Source of the DNA: Nitrosopumilus sp. | GTDB taxonomy: Archaea; Thermoproteota; Nitrososphaeria; Nitrososphaerales; Nitrosopumilaceae | Direction of reading: 5' to 3' | Assembly (NCBI GenBank): GCA_963667665.2 | Contig: OY763927.2 | Location: forward strand, 544,001 to 608,000 | Length of the DNA stretch: 64,000 bases | Part shown: positions 51,625 through 62,326 of the stretch, piece after piece | Layout: each line of letters starts with the position of its first letter | Position numbering within the stretch: the first letter of the stretch is position 1 | Translations under genes and position numbers: made by a program | Notes under the pieces: model-generated | The model's input: the letters and a program-made list of their open reading frames with translations, nothing else | What the model was told of the DNA's origin: nothing | Databases searched by the model: none

Positions 51625-52320
51625 TTAGAAAGGTACTTCTTCAGGAGTTAACATTTTGATGGATTTAATATTCTTGTCATTTTGAATTTCTGATATAATT
51701 CTGCTGTGTTGATTAGAATCATCAAGTGAAATAGCAGCAAGATAGTCTTCTTCAATGTATTCTGATAATGTGATTCTTACTTTGGTTGATTTTGGAGAAT
51801 CTGGACTTTGAATTTGAGAATCTCCAATTCTGTTCAGAGTAATCATGTTGTCTTGATATTTTTTTATCTCATAGAGCTCAATTGGTAATCCCTGAAAACT
51901 GCTTGCTCTTTTTTGATATTTTGTGTATTCTGGTGAAATAAAAATTACGCGTGTTTCATCCCAGTTGATGTCATTCACATCTGATATCTTGTTCATTTTC
52001 TTGTTATAGAGTAAGACAAAGTTTTCTTTTCTCTCATGCAATAGTTGATAGTAACTTACTCCCTGATCAATTAGAGAGCGATTTTCAATTTTTTTATATT
52101 CTATTATGACAAATGATTTTTTTTCAGAATCAAATGCTATAGTATCAGGTCTTAGATCATCTATCTGAAATTCAGAATCTATAAACTCTAGTCCTGAAAA
52201 TATTGAATCTAGATTTTTTTCAACTAGATTCTGAATTGTTCTTTCCAAATCAAACGACTCTTCATGAATTTCTACAAGATTGTTGTCTCTTGATTGAAAA
52301 ATTCTCATATAACTTTTCAA
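51625..52320 (-). CDS. PD-(D/E)xK NucS-like nuclease domain protein, C-terminus chimeric
   Basis: LE..IQ.L.E.N, RPDT.A.D, IIEYK, QG..Y. Confidence 0.65.
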   Translation of the reverse strand: MKSYMRIFQSRDNNLVEIHEESFDLERTIQNLVEKNLDSIFSGLEFIDSEFQIDDLRPDTIAFDSEKKSFVIIEYKKIENRSLIDQGVSYYQLLHERKENFVLLYNKKMNKISDVNDINWDETRVIFISPEYTKYQKRASSFQGLPIELYEIKKYQDNMITLNRIGDSQIQSPDSPKSTKVRITLSEYIEEDYLAAISLDDSNQHSRIISEIQNDKNIKSIKMLTPEEVPF

Positions 52321-52595
52321 GACATGAGAAACATAAACTTGATCATGATTCCTACAGGTTTTTTGGAATAGAACTGTTCATTATACGCGCGAAATGAGAT
52401 AAATATCATTATTTTTAATTCTCATATTCTATCCACATTACAACGAGGGCATCCTTTTAATTTTTTATTGTACTTACCATTACAAATTCTACAAATTACG
52501 ATATCATCTATGTAATTTTTCTTTATGTATGGAATAGCCAATTTGATAATTATGACTATAACTATTGAAATTACAATTAAATACCAAACCATTTT

Positions 52596-52841
52596 TTATC
52601 TAATTTTTTTATAGATAAATTTAAAAAATAATATTAATGCTGAACCAATAAAAATTGAGGCTAAAATATTTGACCACATAAAAAATAATATTCTCACGCT
52701 ATCTTCAATATTTTCTGGATTTAGAGTACTGTAAACAAGTATAGTTTGTATGATATTTGCAATACCAATATAAAATAGAATTCCAATTATAGGAATTAGG
52801 AAAGCTTGTTTTGGAGAAAATTTCAATTTTTTCAGTAACAT
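52596..52841 (-). CDS. small membrane protein
   Basis: Two TM helices. Confidence 0.45.
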   Translation of the reverse strand: MLLKKLKFSPKQAFLIPIIGILFYIGIANIIQTILVYSTLNPENIEDSVRILFFMWSNILASIFIGSALILFFKFIYKKIR

Positions 52842-52856
52842 AATAATAAAAAGGGG

Positions 52857-53516
52857 TTAAATTAAACAAGCAACTATTATTTCAACTAATTCTGAATTAG
52901 ATTCATAATGTAATTTTACACTAGTAGAATTAAGAGTTATGTTAATTACTTCAAATAATGCCTCTTCACCATCAATTAGATAAAAGAAATAGTGAGAATT
53001 AGGAATTCCGTTAAATTCAATACAGTAATCTTTAAACATATTTGATTCAATGGATGGGAGTATCACCACCAAATCCCCTTCTTTTGTTGGTGATAAAGAT
53101 ATATTCAAAACATAATCCTCAATTACATAGCTTTCATCTGAATAAATTTCAACAGAGTCAACTACTCCTTCATTTGTTTGATACGTAATGTAATGGTAAT
53201 TGCCATCATAAAAAACAGATGTGGTAATCTGCGGTGCATTAGGTTCTGAATATAATACGGTATCCCAGTTTAGATGTTTTGCTGTTTCAAAATAAACACA
53301 TGCCCACTTAGAATTAGATCGTAAAACCAATACTTGTTCAGGATTAGGGCAGGTGAGTGGATCACCTATTTTTCTATCTTCCAACACATCTTTTAATGAA
53401 TGGAAATGCCCGTGTCCTTGATTTATTTGAGCAAAAGCATCAGACTCAAAAGTAAAGGAAATGGATGCACCTAATACCATGAAGATTGAAAAAAATGTTA
53501 AAAATACTATATTCAT
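52857..53516 (-). CDS. secreted protein with C...LV.R....ACV domain
   Basis: Signal peptide AFA; CPN...LVLRSNSKWACV. Confidence 0.6.
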   Translation of the reverse strand: MNIVFLTFFSIFMVLGASISFTFESDAFAQINQGHGHFHSLKDVLEDRKIGDPLTCPNPEQVLVLRSNSKWACVYFETAKHLNWDTVLYSEPNAPQITTSVFYDGNYHYITYQTNEGVVDSVEIYSDESYVIEDYVLNISLSPTKEGDLVVILPSIESNMFKDYCIEFNGIPNSHYFFYLIDGEEALFEVINITLNSTSVKLHYESNSELVEIIVACLI

Positions 53517-53574
53517 ATTTGCTCAAAAACCGTGTGAGTTATTAATTTTTCAGATAAGAAAAAGAAAAAGGAGA

Positions 53575-54170
53575 TCACCATGTTAACCCTAATTGGTCTT
53601 TGATGTGATCATATGGTTCATAGTATGTGTATCCACCAGTAGTGCCTTTAGCGATGCCATAAACATCTGTTTTCCCATTGGCTTGTGGCTTCATTATTGC
53701 TGAACCACTATCACCAGCATGTGATGTACCACTAACTTTACCACTATGGGAATTTTCATAGACTAATGATCCCACATGTCCTGTACCACCAATTCCATCC
53801 CAACTTAGTATAGTTCCAGCTGGAGTAGATGAGATATTTCTTGTTTGTACTGGATATGTACTACCAAAATCTGGTGTCCAAATACTATCATACATCCAAT
53901 GGCCTCCAGTGAATTGTATAAATGCACAATCACATGAGCCGCTTGGTGCAACTTTAGCTTGACCAATTACTCCAGAACTACTTAATGGTTGAACAACTTG
54001 TTCGTTACCACTTGGAACTTCATGTTCTGCAATAATGAAACCATAGCCATATGTTGGGTGATATGCTTTGAACCCTAATGTGTTTCCAACACCTGTTGAG
54101 CCTTGGTGAGCTACTGAAATCCCACCTTTACCAGGATGACATGCAGATGTTTCACTTGAGCAAGGTTTGC
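53575..54170 (-). pseudogene. 5'-truncated S1-like serine protease
   Basis: Frame stays open upstream of the listed ORF: GFIIAEH, CDCAF, GDSGS. Confidence 0.65.
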
Positions 54171-54284
54171 GATACTTGCCTAAATGATTTACCTGATAAC
54201 TAATTATCTTGGAACTGTTTCAGCCCCCGAAAGTAAACACGGAGAAGATCTCAAAACAAACCCCTCAGATTACCCAGAATCCTA

Positions 54285-54536
54285 TTGTCTGAGTTAAGAG
54301 ACAATATGGATAGTGTTGAAGCAATTCATGCATTACAAGCTAGAAGCAACATGCAAGACATTACATTACTTTGTTATGAAAAAGATGGCTGCCCTTGTCA
54401 CAGACACATGGTTAGAGAGTTAGTTGAAGATCCTAGATTGTTACAATCAAAGTTTGTACCTGAAAATACTAATAATCAAAAATCTACTCCTATGGAGATT
54501 CATATTGCCAACAAGAAACGTTTGGTCATACCCTGA
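54285..54536 (+). pseudogene. DUF488-like C-terminal fragment
   Basis: ITLLCYE....CHR. Confidence 0.6.
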
Positions 54537-55097
54537 TTCATCAATGTGTAGATTATCCCAAACTTGATCTTGAACTTTTTCAACAGGATTATAACGTAAC
54601 CACTCATACACTCCCCATTCCAACACGCCCTGTTTGTGTTGTTGTTTTTTAGTTCTACAATGGGGACAACTATATGTAATAACTGGACGAACTCCATAAT
54701 TTTGAATTGTCATGAATAAGTCATCATTCACTAATGTGGTTTGAACAGTAGAATCCACATTTTTTCTTTTTTCTAAATTCTTATCAATAATTTTTGGGAC
54801 AATTATTCCTAAACTCAATTTTTTATCATTAATATCTTCGATACAACCATAACTATGATTTTCTTTCAAATATGTAATTAGTTCTACCCACTTTTTTCTT
54901 GATAATTTTCGCTTTACTATTATTTTATCTGATAATGTCTCCCATTCTGTTTTTGAGCCTTGAATTTTCCAACTTTCATCTCTACTATCTTTTGTATTTC
55001 TTTCTAAGGGCAAAGAAACTACATTCCACCTTTTCATTGGAGAGTATGGCGGTACTGGATAAATTCTAATCAGTCCATGGTGATTTGACTGATGCAA
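54447..55097 (-). pseudogene. 5'-truncated conserved protein of the type usually found beside DUF488
   Basis: IRIYPVP...RW..V......D.R.ES; FLVGN.......F.IIS. Confidence 0.5.
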
Positions 55098-55477
55098 AAA
55101 AGTCTGATCTTAAAATAAAGTTCAAACATCATATGGCAAAAGTAAAACACAATCTAACTGACGAGCAAAAATCTGACATTCATGATAGAATAGCTGAGAT
55201 GAAAGCATTCAAAGCTGATCTTCAAGAAAGAGCATCAGATATGACTGACGAGGAAAAACAAGAACTTAGAGCAGATTTCATTGAAAAGGCAAAAGACATG
55301 CGACATGCATGGATTTCCCCACGTACACAAATGACTGCAGGATTAGATGCTGCAGACGTTGAATGTAGAGAAGGATTCAGCCTTGTAATGAAAGCATCAA
55401 ACGGTGTAGCAATGTGTCTATATGCAGATACTGCATTGAAGATGATAGATAGAGGGATTGTAGTTCCTGCTAACTAA
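55085..55477 (+). pseudogene. 5'-truncated thaumarchaeal protein with C-terminal SPR.Q...C...C domain
   Basis: ISPRTQ...VECREGFSLVMK.SNG.AMC. Confidence 0.5.
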
Positions 55478-55572
55478 TTTTTCTTTTTTTTATTTATCTA
55501 ATGTATATTAGATGATCTAAATTATTGTCCATAAACGGTTCAAGTCTCTAAGAAATTGAATCCCAAAAACAA

Positions 55573-55863
55573 TCAAAGTTCTAATCCAAAGGATTGAGCA
55601 ATATTTGCAAATTTTGCATAAGATTCTAAATACTGTCTGCCTTTTTGGGTAATTACAAAGGTATGTCTCCCATCAAATTCGATTTTGTTAATCAAACCAT
55701 TTCCTGTCAAATTTGATATCATTTTTGATAATCTAGAATGTGGTAAGTTGGCCTTTGAAATTAGAGCAGTTGTTTTGATTCCTTCTTGGCCTGACTGTTC
55801 AGTGGCAGTCAAAAGATCTCCCACAATCTGCATACTTGTTCTATACGAAACCATGAAAATCAT
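55573..55863 (-). CDS. winged-helix transcription regulator
   Basis: YR....I..D.L, KANL...RL, IT.KG..YL. Confidence 0.8.
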   Translation of the reverse strand: MIFMVSYRTSMQIVGDLLTATEQSGQEGIKTTALISKANLPHSRLSKMISNLTGNGLINKIEFDGRHTFVITQKGRQYLESYAKFANIAQSFGLEL

Positions 55864-55964
55864 GGTTTATTGCATTTTATAAATATTGCCATTTATTACC
55901 ATTCATTGCCATTTATTACCACTCATTACCAATAGTATATATAGTGGGCTTGGAAACCCAAACC

Positions 55965-56474
55965 ATGAGTACACAATCACAAGCAAGCAAGAGCACTCAA
56001 ACTCCTGCAAGCAAGAGCACTCAAACTCCTGCAAGCAAGAGCACTCAAACTCCTGCAAGCAAGAGCACTCAAACTCCTGCAAGCAATGTATATTCAATAT
56101 ACACGCAAAATGTTCAAAAATACTTTGAAAATATCTCAAAAATCACCCCACAGTATTTTCAAGCTATCACACAATTGCAAGAAGAATGTATGAAAACATG
56201 TGAGAAAACAATCAATGCTGCAGTATCTGTACAGCAAGAATTTGCAACAAAATCAGGTCTTTCAACTGAAATTCCAAATGATGCAAGAACTGCAATCGTA
56301 GATACCAACAAGCAAATTGTTCAAGCAACCACATTAGGCAATCAATTGACAAAAACTACAATTGATGCAACCGTACAAAACATCAGAACCTTCGGCGATA
56401 ACATTAACGCATTTGTAGAATTGAATAGAAATATTATCCAGTCATGGGTAAACCCACTCACACTAAAAAACTAG
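55965..56474 (+). CDS. thaumarchaeal helical protein with N-terminal 8-aa repeats
   Basis: ASKSTQTP x4 (24-bp tandem repeat, ~55983-56084). Confidence 0.65.
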   Translation: MSTQSQASKSTQTPASKSTQTPASKSTQTPASKSTQTPASNVYSIYTQNVQKYFENISKITPQYFQAITQLQEECMKTCEKTINAAVSVQQEFATKSGLSTEIPNDARTAIVDTNKQIVQATTLGNQLTKTTIDATVQNIRTFGDNINAFVELNRNIIQSWVNPLTLKN

Positions 56475-56537
56475 TGTGATTATTTTTTCTTTTTTTATTT
56501 TATCTAATCCATATTTGTGAATAATTTTATTTTGAAT

Positions 56538-57209
56538 TTAGATCAATATGTCGTTGTTAGATGTAATTGATTTTTTTGGAACATCAAATATTTTTAATGA
56601 TTCTAAATATTTCAAATACTTTGAATTCTCTATCTCTCCATATGATATCAGTATTCTGTCATTGTGCTTTATCTCATACTGTAAAATATCTGAATAGTAT
56701 CTTTCTCCATTAAGATAAACTATGCATACTTTATCTGAAATGCAGATATCTTTCATTCCAAATGATACAAATAACATCTCTAATGGAACGCCAGTTGCAT
56801 GCTTGTGGATTTGGTATGGGTTGTTATTTTCAAAATGAATGTATTTGTTTGATATTTGAAATTCCGGTTGAGCAAAGTTTACCTGTTTATTATTATTAAT
56901 TACTACAATTGCAGCATGTGCATGATCACTTCCAAATTCTCCTATACTGTATTGGTTTGCCAGACTTTCTCGAGGATCCATGTTTTGAATTATTTGCTCA
57001 TCAATGTCTGCTTGATTGATAAAATAGTACGAAAATATTCCTACTGAGAATACTGCAAAAAGTACTATTGCTATGGATAGTCCTCTGCTTTTTGGTTTTG
57101 ATTCTGGAATTGATTCTGAGGGTAATTTTGAGGGTAATTCAGAGTTACCTTCCTCAAATCTGCCAGGTATGTATACGTCATAGTCTTTGGGAAGTGTTTT
57201 TTCAGGCAA
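56538..57209 (-). CDS. membrane-anchored protein with H.HA...IHF motifs
   Basis: TM helix; DHAHAA, YIHFE, IHKHA. Confidence 0.6.
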   Translation of the reverse strand: MPEKTLPKDYDVYIPGRFEEGNSELPSKLPSESIPESKPKSRGLSIAIVLFAVFSVGIFSYYFINQADIDEQIIQNMDPRESLANQYSIGEFGSDHAHAAIVVINNNKQVNFAQPEFQISNKYIHFENNNPYQIHKHATGVPLEMLFVSFGMKDICISDKVCIVYLNGERYYSDILQYEIKHNDRILISYGEIENSKYLKYLESLKIFDVPKKSITSNNDILI

Positions 57210-57214
57210 TATGA

Positions 57215-57755
57215 TTAATCATTTTTTACTTCGATTTTATTTTTATTAAATTTGTTGTATCCATCTTTGTTGTATCCATCTTTGTTGTATCCATCTTTGT
57301 TGTATCCATCTTTGTTGTATCCATCTTTGTTGTAACCTATGTGATCATATCCCAATCTATCATATCCCTCTTTGTTATACCCAATACTATCATATCCATC
57401 CAAGTCATACCCATTACTATCATATCCATTTCCATCATACCCATTTCTATCATATCCATTTCTATCATACCCTTCTAGGTCATACCCATCTTTGTTGTAT
57501 CCATCTTTGTTATGCCCGTCTAGGTCATACCCATCTTTGTTGTAACCATTTTTGTTATACCCAATACTGTCATACCCGTCTTTGTTGTACCCATTTTTAT
57601 TATACCCATCTTTGTTGTAACCCTTTTTGTTATACCCGTCTTTATCAAAATTTATTTTTGTATCAATGTGAATTCCATCAAGATAAAAACCACGATTGTC
57701 ATACCCATCTTTGTTGTAACCCTTTTTGTTGTACCCATTTTTATTATACCCATTT
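57215..57755 (-). repeat. GY(N/D)xD pentapeptide-repeat coding region, 5' part missing
   Basis: 15-bp degenerate tandem units continue well upstream of the listed ORF. Confidence 0.7.
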
Positions 57756-57810
57756 GGTCAATTATTAATTACTAGAGTAATTTAACTGAAATAATAAATT
57801 CATACCAATT

Positions 57811-58617
57811 ACGGCAAAAAGATACAATTCCCCAATATCGTACAGATTACGAGAAATTCCAATCAAATACATCAAAATATGGAAGGATGTACAAGCAAGA
57901 AAGCTAGACAGGGAAGGTATTGCAGAACTTGCCCGCTCCATCAAAAATGAAGGGTTGCAGAATCCACCTATGGTCCAAAAGGAATCAAAAAACTCGTATT
58001 TGTTACTGTCTGGCCAGAGAAGACTTGCTGCACTCAAAAGGTTGGGTGCAAAAAAGATTCCAGTATTGTTACTTACTCAGAATACAAAATATGATCTAGA
58101 GGATGCAAAGGCGGCATCAGTTGTAGAGAATCTGCACAGAAATAAAATGAACGTTAAGGATATGACTGCAGCTTGTGTGTTTTTGAGTGAATCAGTTGGA
58201 AAAAGTAAAGCTGCAAAATCTTTAGGAATATCATCTGTTACTCTCAAGAAATATCTTGGATTTGCAGCAGTTCCAGATAAACTAAAACAGTTTGTTCCAA
58301 AGGAATTATCCCGTGATGATTGTGTAAAGTTGTATCATGCAATTCCGAATTTATCTAAAGCAGTTAAAATTGCTGAGAAAATCATACCATTAGATCAGAA
58401 ATTAAGAAGAGAATATCTCAAATCGTTATCTCGTTCCCCTAAATCATCTCATCTCAAACTACTCAAAAAAGCCAAAGATGGTTTACTTCTACAGAAAGTT
58501 ATAATTTCACTAAACAAAGGTAATGCTAGGAAATTGCGTAGTTTGGCTGTGAAAAAAGATGTAGAAGTTGTAGAAATGGCAGATAAAATATTGTCAAGTT
58601 ATTTGAAGAGAATGTAA
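57811..58617 (+). CDS. ParB-like domain protein
   Basis: LA.SI...GLQNP, SGQRRL.A, VENL.R; frame open from at least 57811. Confidence 0.75.
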   Translation, partial: TAKRYNSPISYRLREIPIKYIKIWKDVQARKLDREGIAELARSIKNEGLQNPPMVQKESKNSYLLLSGQRRLAALKRLGAKKIPVLLLTQNTKYDLEDAKAASVVENLHRNKMNVKDMTAACVFLSESVGKSKAAKSLGISSVTLKKYLGFAAVPDKLKQFVPKELSRDDCVKLYHAIPNLSKAVKIAEKIIPLDQKLRREYLKSLSRSPKSSHLKLLKKAKDGLLLQKVIISLNKGNARKLRSLAVKKDVEVVEMADKILSSYLKRM

Positions 58618-58724
58618 CATCTAGTCACAAAAATAAAAATACAATAAATGAATATTGAGAAAAGTAGTGCCCTAATTAACTATTCGATAAAAACAATAAA
58701 TAAAATCACAAATTGCTGATCCTT

Positions 58725-59132
58725 ATGCGATGTCTTTTTTGTGATATCTTAGATGGAAAAGAAGAAGGACATTTTCTATATGAGGATGATTCTCATGTTG
58801 CATTTTTAGATAAATATCCAATTGACTTTGGTCACAGTTTGATTCTTCCAAGAAAACACCATGAAAAAATAACTGATATGAATCCAGAAGATGTTGGTAC
58901 TGTCTTTTCTCTTGTTCCAAAAATTGCAAAAGCGATTTTAGATGCAACAAACGCTGATGCATTTAGTATTGCTCAAAATAATGGTAGAGCCGCAAAACAA
59001 ATTATTCCTCATGTTCACATACATCTTATTCCAAGATATAACAACAAAGGCACTGTATGGACAAAGCGTCAAATCTCAAATGATAATGATCTTTCAGAAT
59101 TGGCAAAAAAAATACGTAGTTTTCTTACTTAG
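58725..59132 (+). CDS. HIT-family hydrolase
   Basis: CLFC.I, GHSL, HVHIHLIPR. Confidence 0.9.
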   Translation: MRCLFCDILDGKEEGHFLYEDDSHVAFLDKYPIDFGHSLILPRKHHEKITDMNPEDVGTVFSLVPKIAKAILDATNADAFSIAQNNGRAAKQIIPHVHIHLIPRYNNKGTVWTKRQISNDNDLSELAKKIRSFLT

Positions 59133-60408
59133 TATGGCCTGGGTTATATCTCAAAATAGCTCCAACTTTTCCAAGACTGGCAAGCATGTTTCCATGTTCT
59201 GCACTTCCAGAAACAACTTCTAACTGGGTACCTGTTTTTGCAGCAAGTATTTCTAGATAATCTACAATATCTTGTTCATTTACTTTTACTTCCATTGCAT
59301 TACATTCAGGGCATGGCTTGTTTGTGTATTCTGTTTTTTTTGGAATAACTAGAGGTCTCTCAACAATTTCTTCTTGAATATGTTGACATCGCTTGCATTT
59401 TCCTTCAACTATATTCAAATTTGTATCATCAGTAATGATCAAAGTTTTAACAACATTATTTTTTAGATATTCAATTACTTCTTGTAAACCGTATGAGCCT
59501 TTTCCCGAATTCCCATTAATCTCTCTAAACAAATCCTCAACTAGTTTCTTTTCTTCAACTAATCTAAAATTCCCTAAAATATCTGAAGATTTTGCAAATG
59601 CTTCTCTAATCCCTTCTGCTCCTGAATACGATGCATCAATTGTAGATATGATATTATTTTGTAATCTGTACTCCAGATAACTCCCATTGATAAAATCCTC
59701 TTTTGTAGGTCCTGGACCTGAAATTATTAATCCCTTGACGGGATATATGTCAATAAAATACTCTCTTGTAGTTTGAGCAACTCTGTTATAGAAATAACTC
59801 AACTCCATCTCTCTAAGTTTTTGAAATCTTTTTGCCGATTGTCCTCCTTGTCTATGTTTTCCTGCAACTCCTGAACCAGTTTGCCCTAATACCTCAATTT
59901 TATCTCCATGCAATAATCCCCAACCTGCGTCTTTTGCATCAATTGCTAAAAATCCAATTAAATTATCATCTTTTAGCATGTCTTTTAGAATATCTACATG
60001 GAAATGATCATCACATCTGTAAAGATACTGATTCAAATCTTTTGGTGGGTCAACTTCCCATACTGTAACTACTTCACTTCCTAGAGGTCCACCTTCTTCT
60101 GGCGGCAGTGCACCACAGAACATTACTAATCCTCTTTCTGGTGTCTTTTTGTATAGTTTTAGTCTTTGAACAACTTTACCTAATGAATCAACTACATGTG
60201 ATCTTGTGAGATCCGATTTGATATTGTCAGCTGTTCCCTGCTCTTGCTGAAGTGTGCTGATAATTTCATGAAGTTGTTTTCCCTTTGGAATGTATACTGA
60301 AATAAGCTCAGTCCCTCTACCTGATTTTTGAGATAACTCCTCTAAGGTCTTTCTAATTTTATAGAGTTTAACTGAATCTTGCTTTTCTATGTTTATTCTC
60401 TTGTTCAT
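59125..60408 (-). CDS. prf1: peptide chain release factor aRF1
   Basis: GTELIS, NIKS, YRCD, GGQS. Confidence 0.97.
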   Translation of the reverse strand: MNKRINIEKQDSVKLYKIRKTLEELSQKSGRGTELISVYIPKGKQLHEIISTLQQEQGTADNIKSDLTRSHVVDSLGKVVQRLKLYKKTPERGLVMFCGALPPEEGGPLGSEVVTVWEVDPPKDLNQYLYRCDDHFHVDILKDMLKDDNLIGFLAIDAKDAGWGLLHGDKIEVLGQTGSGVAGKHRQGGQSAKRFQKLREMELSYFYNRVAQTTREYFIDIYPVKGLIISGPGPTKEDFINGSYLEYRLQNNIISTIDASYSGAEGIREAFAKSSDILGNFRLVEEKKLVEDLFREINGNSGKGSYGLQEVIEYLKNNVVKTLIITDDTNLNIVEGKCKRCQHIQEEIVERPLVIPKKTEYTNKPCPECNAMEVKVNEQDIVDYLEILAAKTGTQLEVVSGSAEHGNMLASLGKVGAILRYNPGHTK

Positions 60409-60471
60409 TTGTGGTTTCTCCTGATCATGCGAATATTAATTTTGATTGATTCAATTCCAGTTTTCCTAAAA

Positions 60472-61116
60472 TTATAATTCATCAATTGTTTTTAGAAATA
60501 CTTCTAGTGGTTGGTTTCCTCTAATTTTGATAATTTTTTGATCATTGAAGACTAAAAATGAAGGAGTTGCATCAATTCCTATCTCTTTCCCAAATTCATA
60601 ATGCGTGATGACTCTATTTTGATACTTGTGCATATCTAGGCATGCGTTGAATTCAAGCAAATCCAATTGAACTGTAACTGCAAATCTGTCTAATGAATCT
60701 CTTGTAATCCATCCTGTTTTTTCTCCTCCCCAATTCTTGTACAGTTCATTATGATATTGCCAGTATTTCCCTTGGTCTTCTGCACAATATGATGCTTCAG
60801 CTGCTAATATTGAATCAGGACCATTTAAGGTAAAGTCTTTGAAGACTATTTTCACTTTACCTGTTTTGATAAAATCATTATCAATAATATCTAATGTATT
60901 TTGATGAAATTTATAACAAAATGTACATTGGTAATCTCCCCATTCAAGAATGGTAATTGCAGCATCTGAATCACCCCATATTGGAGAGCCATTTTCAATT
61001 AGTTTTGAAATAGTTAATAATTTAGAGTCATTTTCTGATTCAGGAAAAAATGCCAAAAACATTCCTGTGATAATTCCTATTACTATTGGTATCAGCATTA
61101 GGTATAGTTTTTTCAT
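60472..61116 (-). CDS. DsbA-family oxidoreductase
   Basis: DYQCTFC, TPSF, GNQP. Confidence 0.88.
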   Translation of the reverse strand: MKKLYLMLIPIVIGIITGMFLAFFPESENDSKLLTISKLIENGSPIWGDSDAAITILEWGDYQCTFCYKFHQNTLDIIDNDFIKTGKVKIVFKDFTLNGPDSILAAEASYCAEDQGKYWQYHNELYKNWGGEKTGWITRDSLDRFAVTVQLDLLEFNACLDMHKYQNRVITHYEFGKEIGIDATPSFLVFNDQKIIKIRGNQPLEVFLKTIDEL

Positions 61117-61177
61117 ATATTGACGAAATATGTTTCAAGTATTAAATTTATTATTTTGACAATTTTTTATTGTTCTA

Positions 61178-61951
61178 TTAAATTTGATTTTGTAATACTG
61201 TCATAATTTCTGACACTTTTTGTTTGATATCTTTTTCTTGTTGGTTTATGTTCATTTTTTCTAATTTTTCAAATATTGTTATGTTGTTTATCATATGTTC
61301 TAGCACATCAAGTGAAAATGGTTTTTCAATTACTGCGATTGCTCTATTTAGTTTTGACAATATGTCTAGTAATGTTTTTTCAATATATCCTGATGCAAAC
61401 ATTATTCTTTGTTGCGGATTGATCTTTAAAATCTCAACTGCGGCTTGTAATCCTGTCATAAATGGCATTTTTTGATCAAGTATTACTAAATCAAAATAAT
61501 TTTCTGATTGTTGAGAATTGTATTTTCTTTTGTATGCTTCAACACATTTGTGACCATCTGTTGTTAATGTAATTTCTTTACCTTTTGCTTCAAGAAAAGA
61601 CCTGTATAATCCTAAAATGTCTAGATCATCATCTGCAATTAGTATCCTTATTGGTATTTTTGGAGCCTGTTTTTCCTCTTGGTAAATGTTTTCTACTATT
61701 TTCTGAATTTCTAATTTTATTGGGTCTAGAATTTTATCACTAAATCTGCCAAAAACCCCTTCAGTTAATTCTGCAAATAATTTATAGTTTGTAATGATTT
61801 CTTTTTCTGTTTTTCCACAAGTTTTCATCATTGTTTGTATAATTGACTTGTATCCATTTCGACCATGCAGATCAATTAATTCTCCTTGAATGATCTCTGA
61901 AATATGATTTTCATATTTACTATCGTTTGATTTTATTCCTGAATTATTCAA
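61178..61951 (-). CDS. response regulator receiver protein
   Basis: ILIADDD, LDQKMP..TG, KPF. Confidence 0.88.
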   Translation of the reverse strand: MNNSGIKSNDSKYENHISEIIQGELIDLHGRNGYKSIIQTMMKTCGKTEKEIITNYKLFAELTEGVFGRFSDKILDPIKLEIQKIVENIYQEEKQAPKIPIRILIADDDLDILGLYRSFLEAKGKEITLTTDGHKCVEAYKRKYNSQQSENYFDLVILDQKMPFMTGLQAAVEILKINPQQRIMFASGYIEKTLLDILSKLNRAIAVIEKPFSLDVLEHMINNITIFEKLEKMNINQQEKDIKQKVSEIMTVLQNQI

Positions 61952-62098
61952 TTTAGAATATTTCTAGATAAAAATATGTCAAAAGCATCAGTATGTTAGA
62001 TCTTGTAATAACAACACTCATTGAGCCTAATTCCGTATTTTTTACAAATTCAATTTGTCATCCAAGAGCTTAAATATATTCAGAGAGTCATAATTTTT

Positions 62099-62314
62099 GT
62101 GTCTGAATCAAAACAAGTTATTGTTTCAAAGCCAGGTATTTCAAAACTAGCAATAGTAGTACTGGCAATAGTCTTTGCAGTAGGATTATTTCTTGTAGGT
62201 TTTGATCAAGGACATATTTTTAGTGTAGTATATGGCGAACAAGCATTTACAGATCTCTACATCCATGAACTTACTCATGATATGAGACATGCAGCCGGAT
62301 TTCCATGTCATTAA
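62099..62314 (+). CDS. cbtB: cobalt transporter subunit CbtB
   Basis: HE.THD.RH..GFPCH; probable GTG start. Confidence 0.88.
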   Translation: MSESKQVIVSKPGISKLAIVVLAIVFAVGLFLVGFDQGHIFSVVYGEQAFTDLYIHELTHDMRHAAGFPCH

Positions 62315-62326
62315 GGGCATAATATA

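Noticed and set aside
1-55100. attL/attR boundaries and integrase
   Set aside because: No integrase or tRNA-end direct repeat pair found in the window, so element limits are not defined.
55983-56084. Possible CRISPR array from 24-bp repeats
   Set aside because: No spacers; encodes ASKSTQTP.
61952-62098. Cobalamin riboswitch upstream of cbtB
   Set aside because: No B12-box or recognisable structure.
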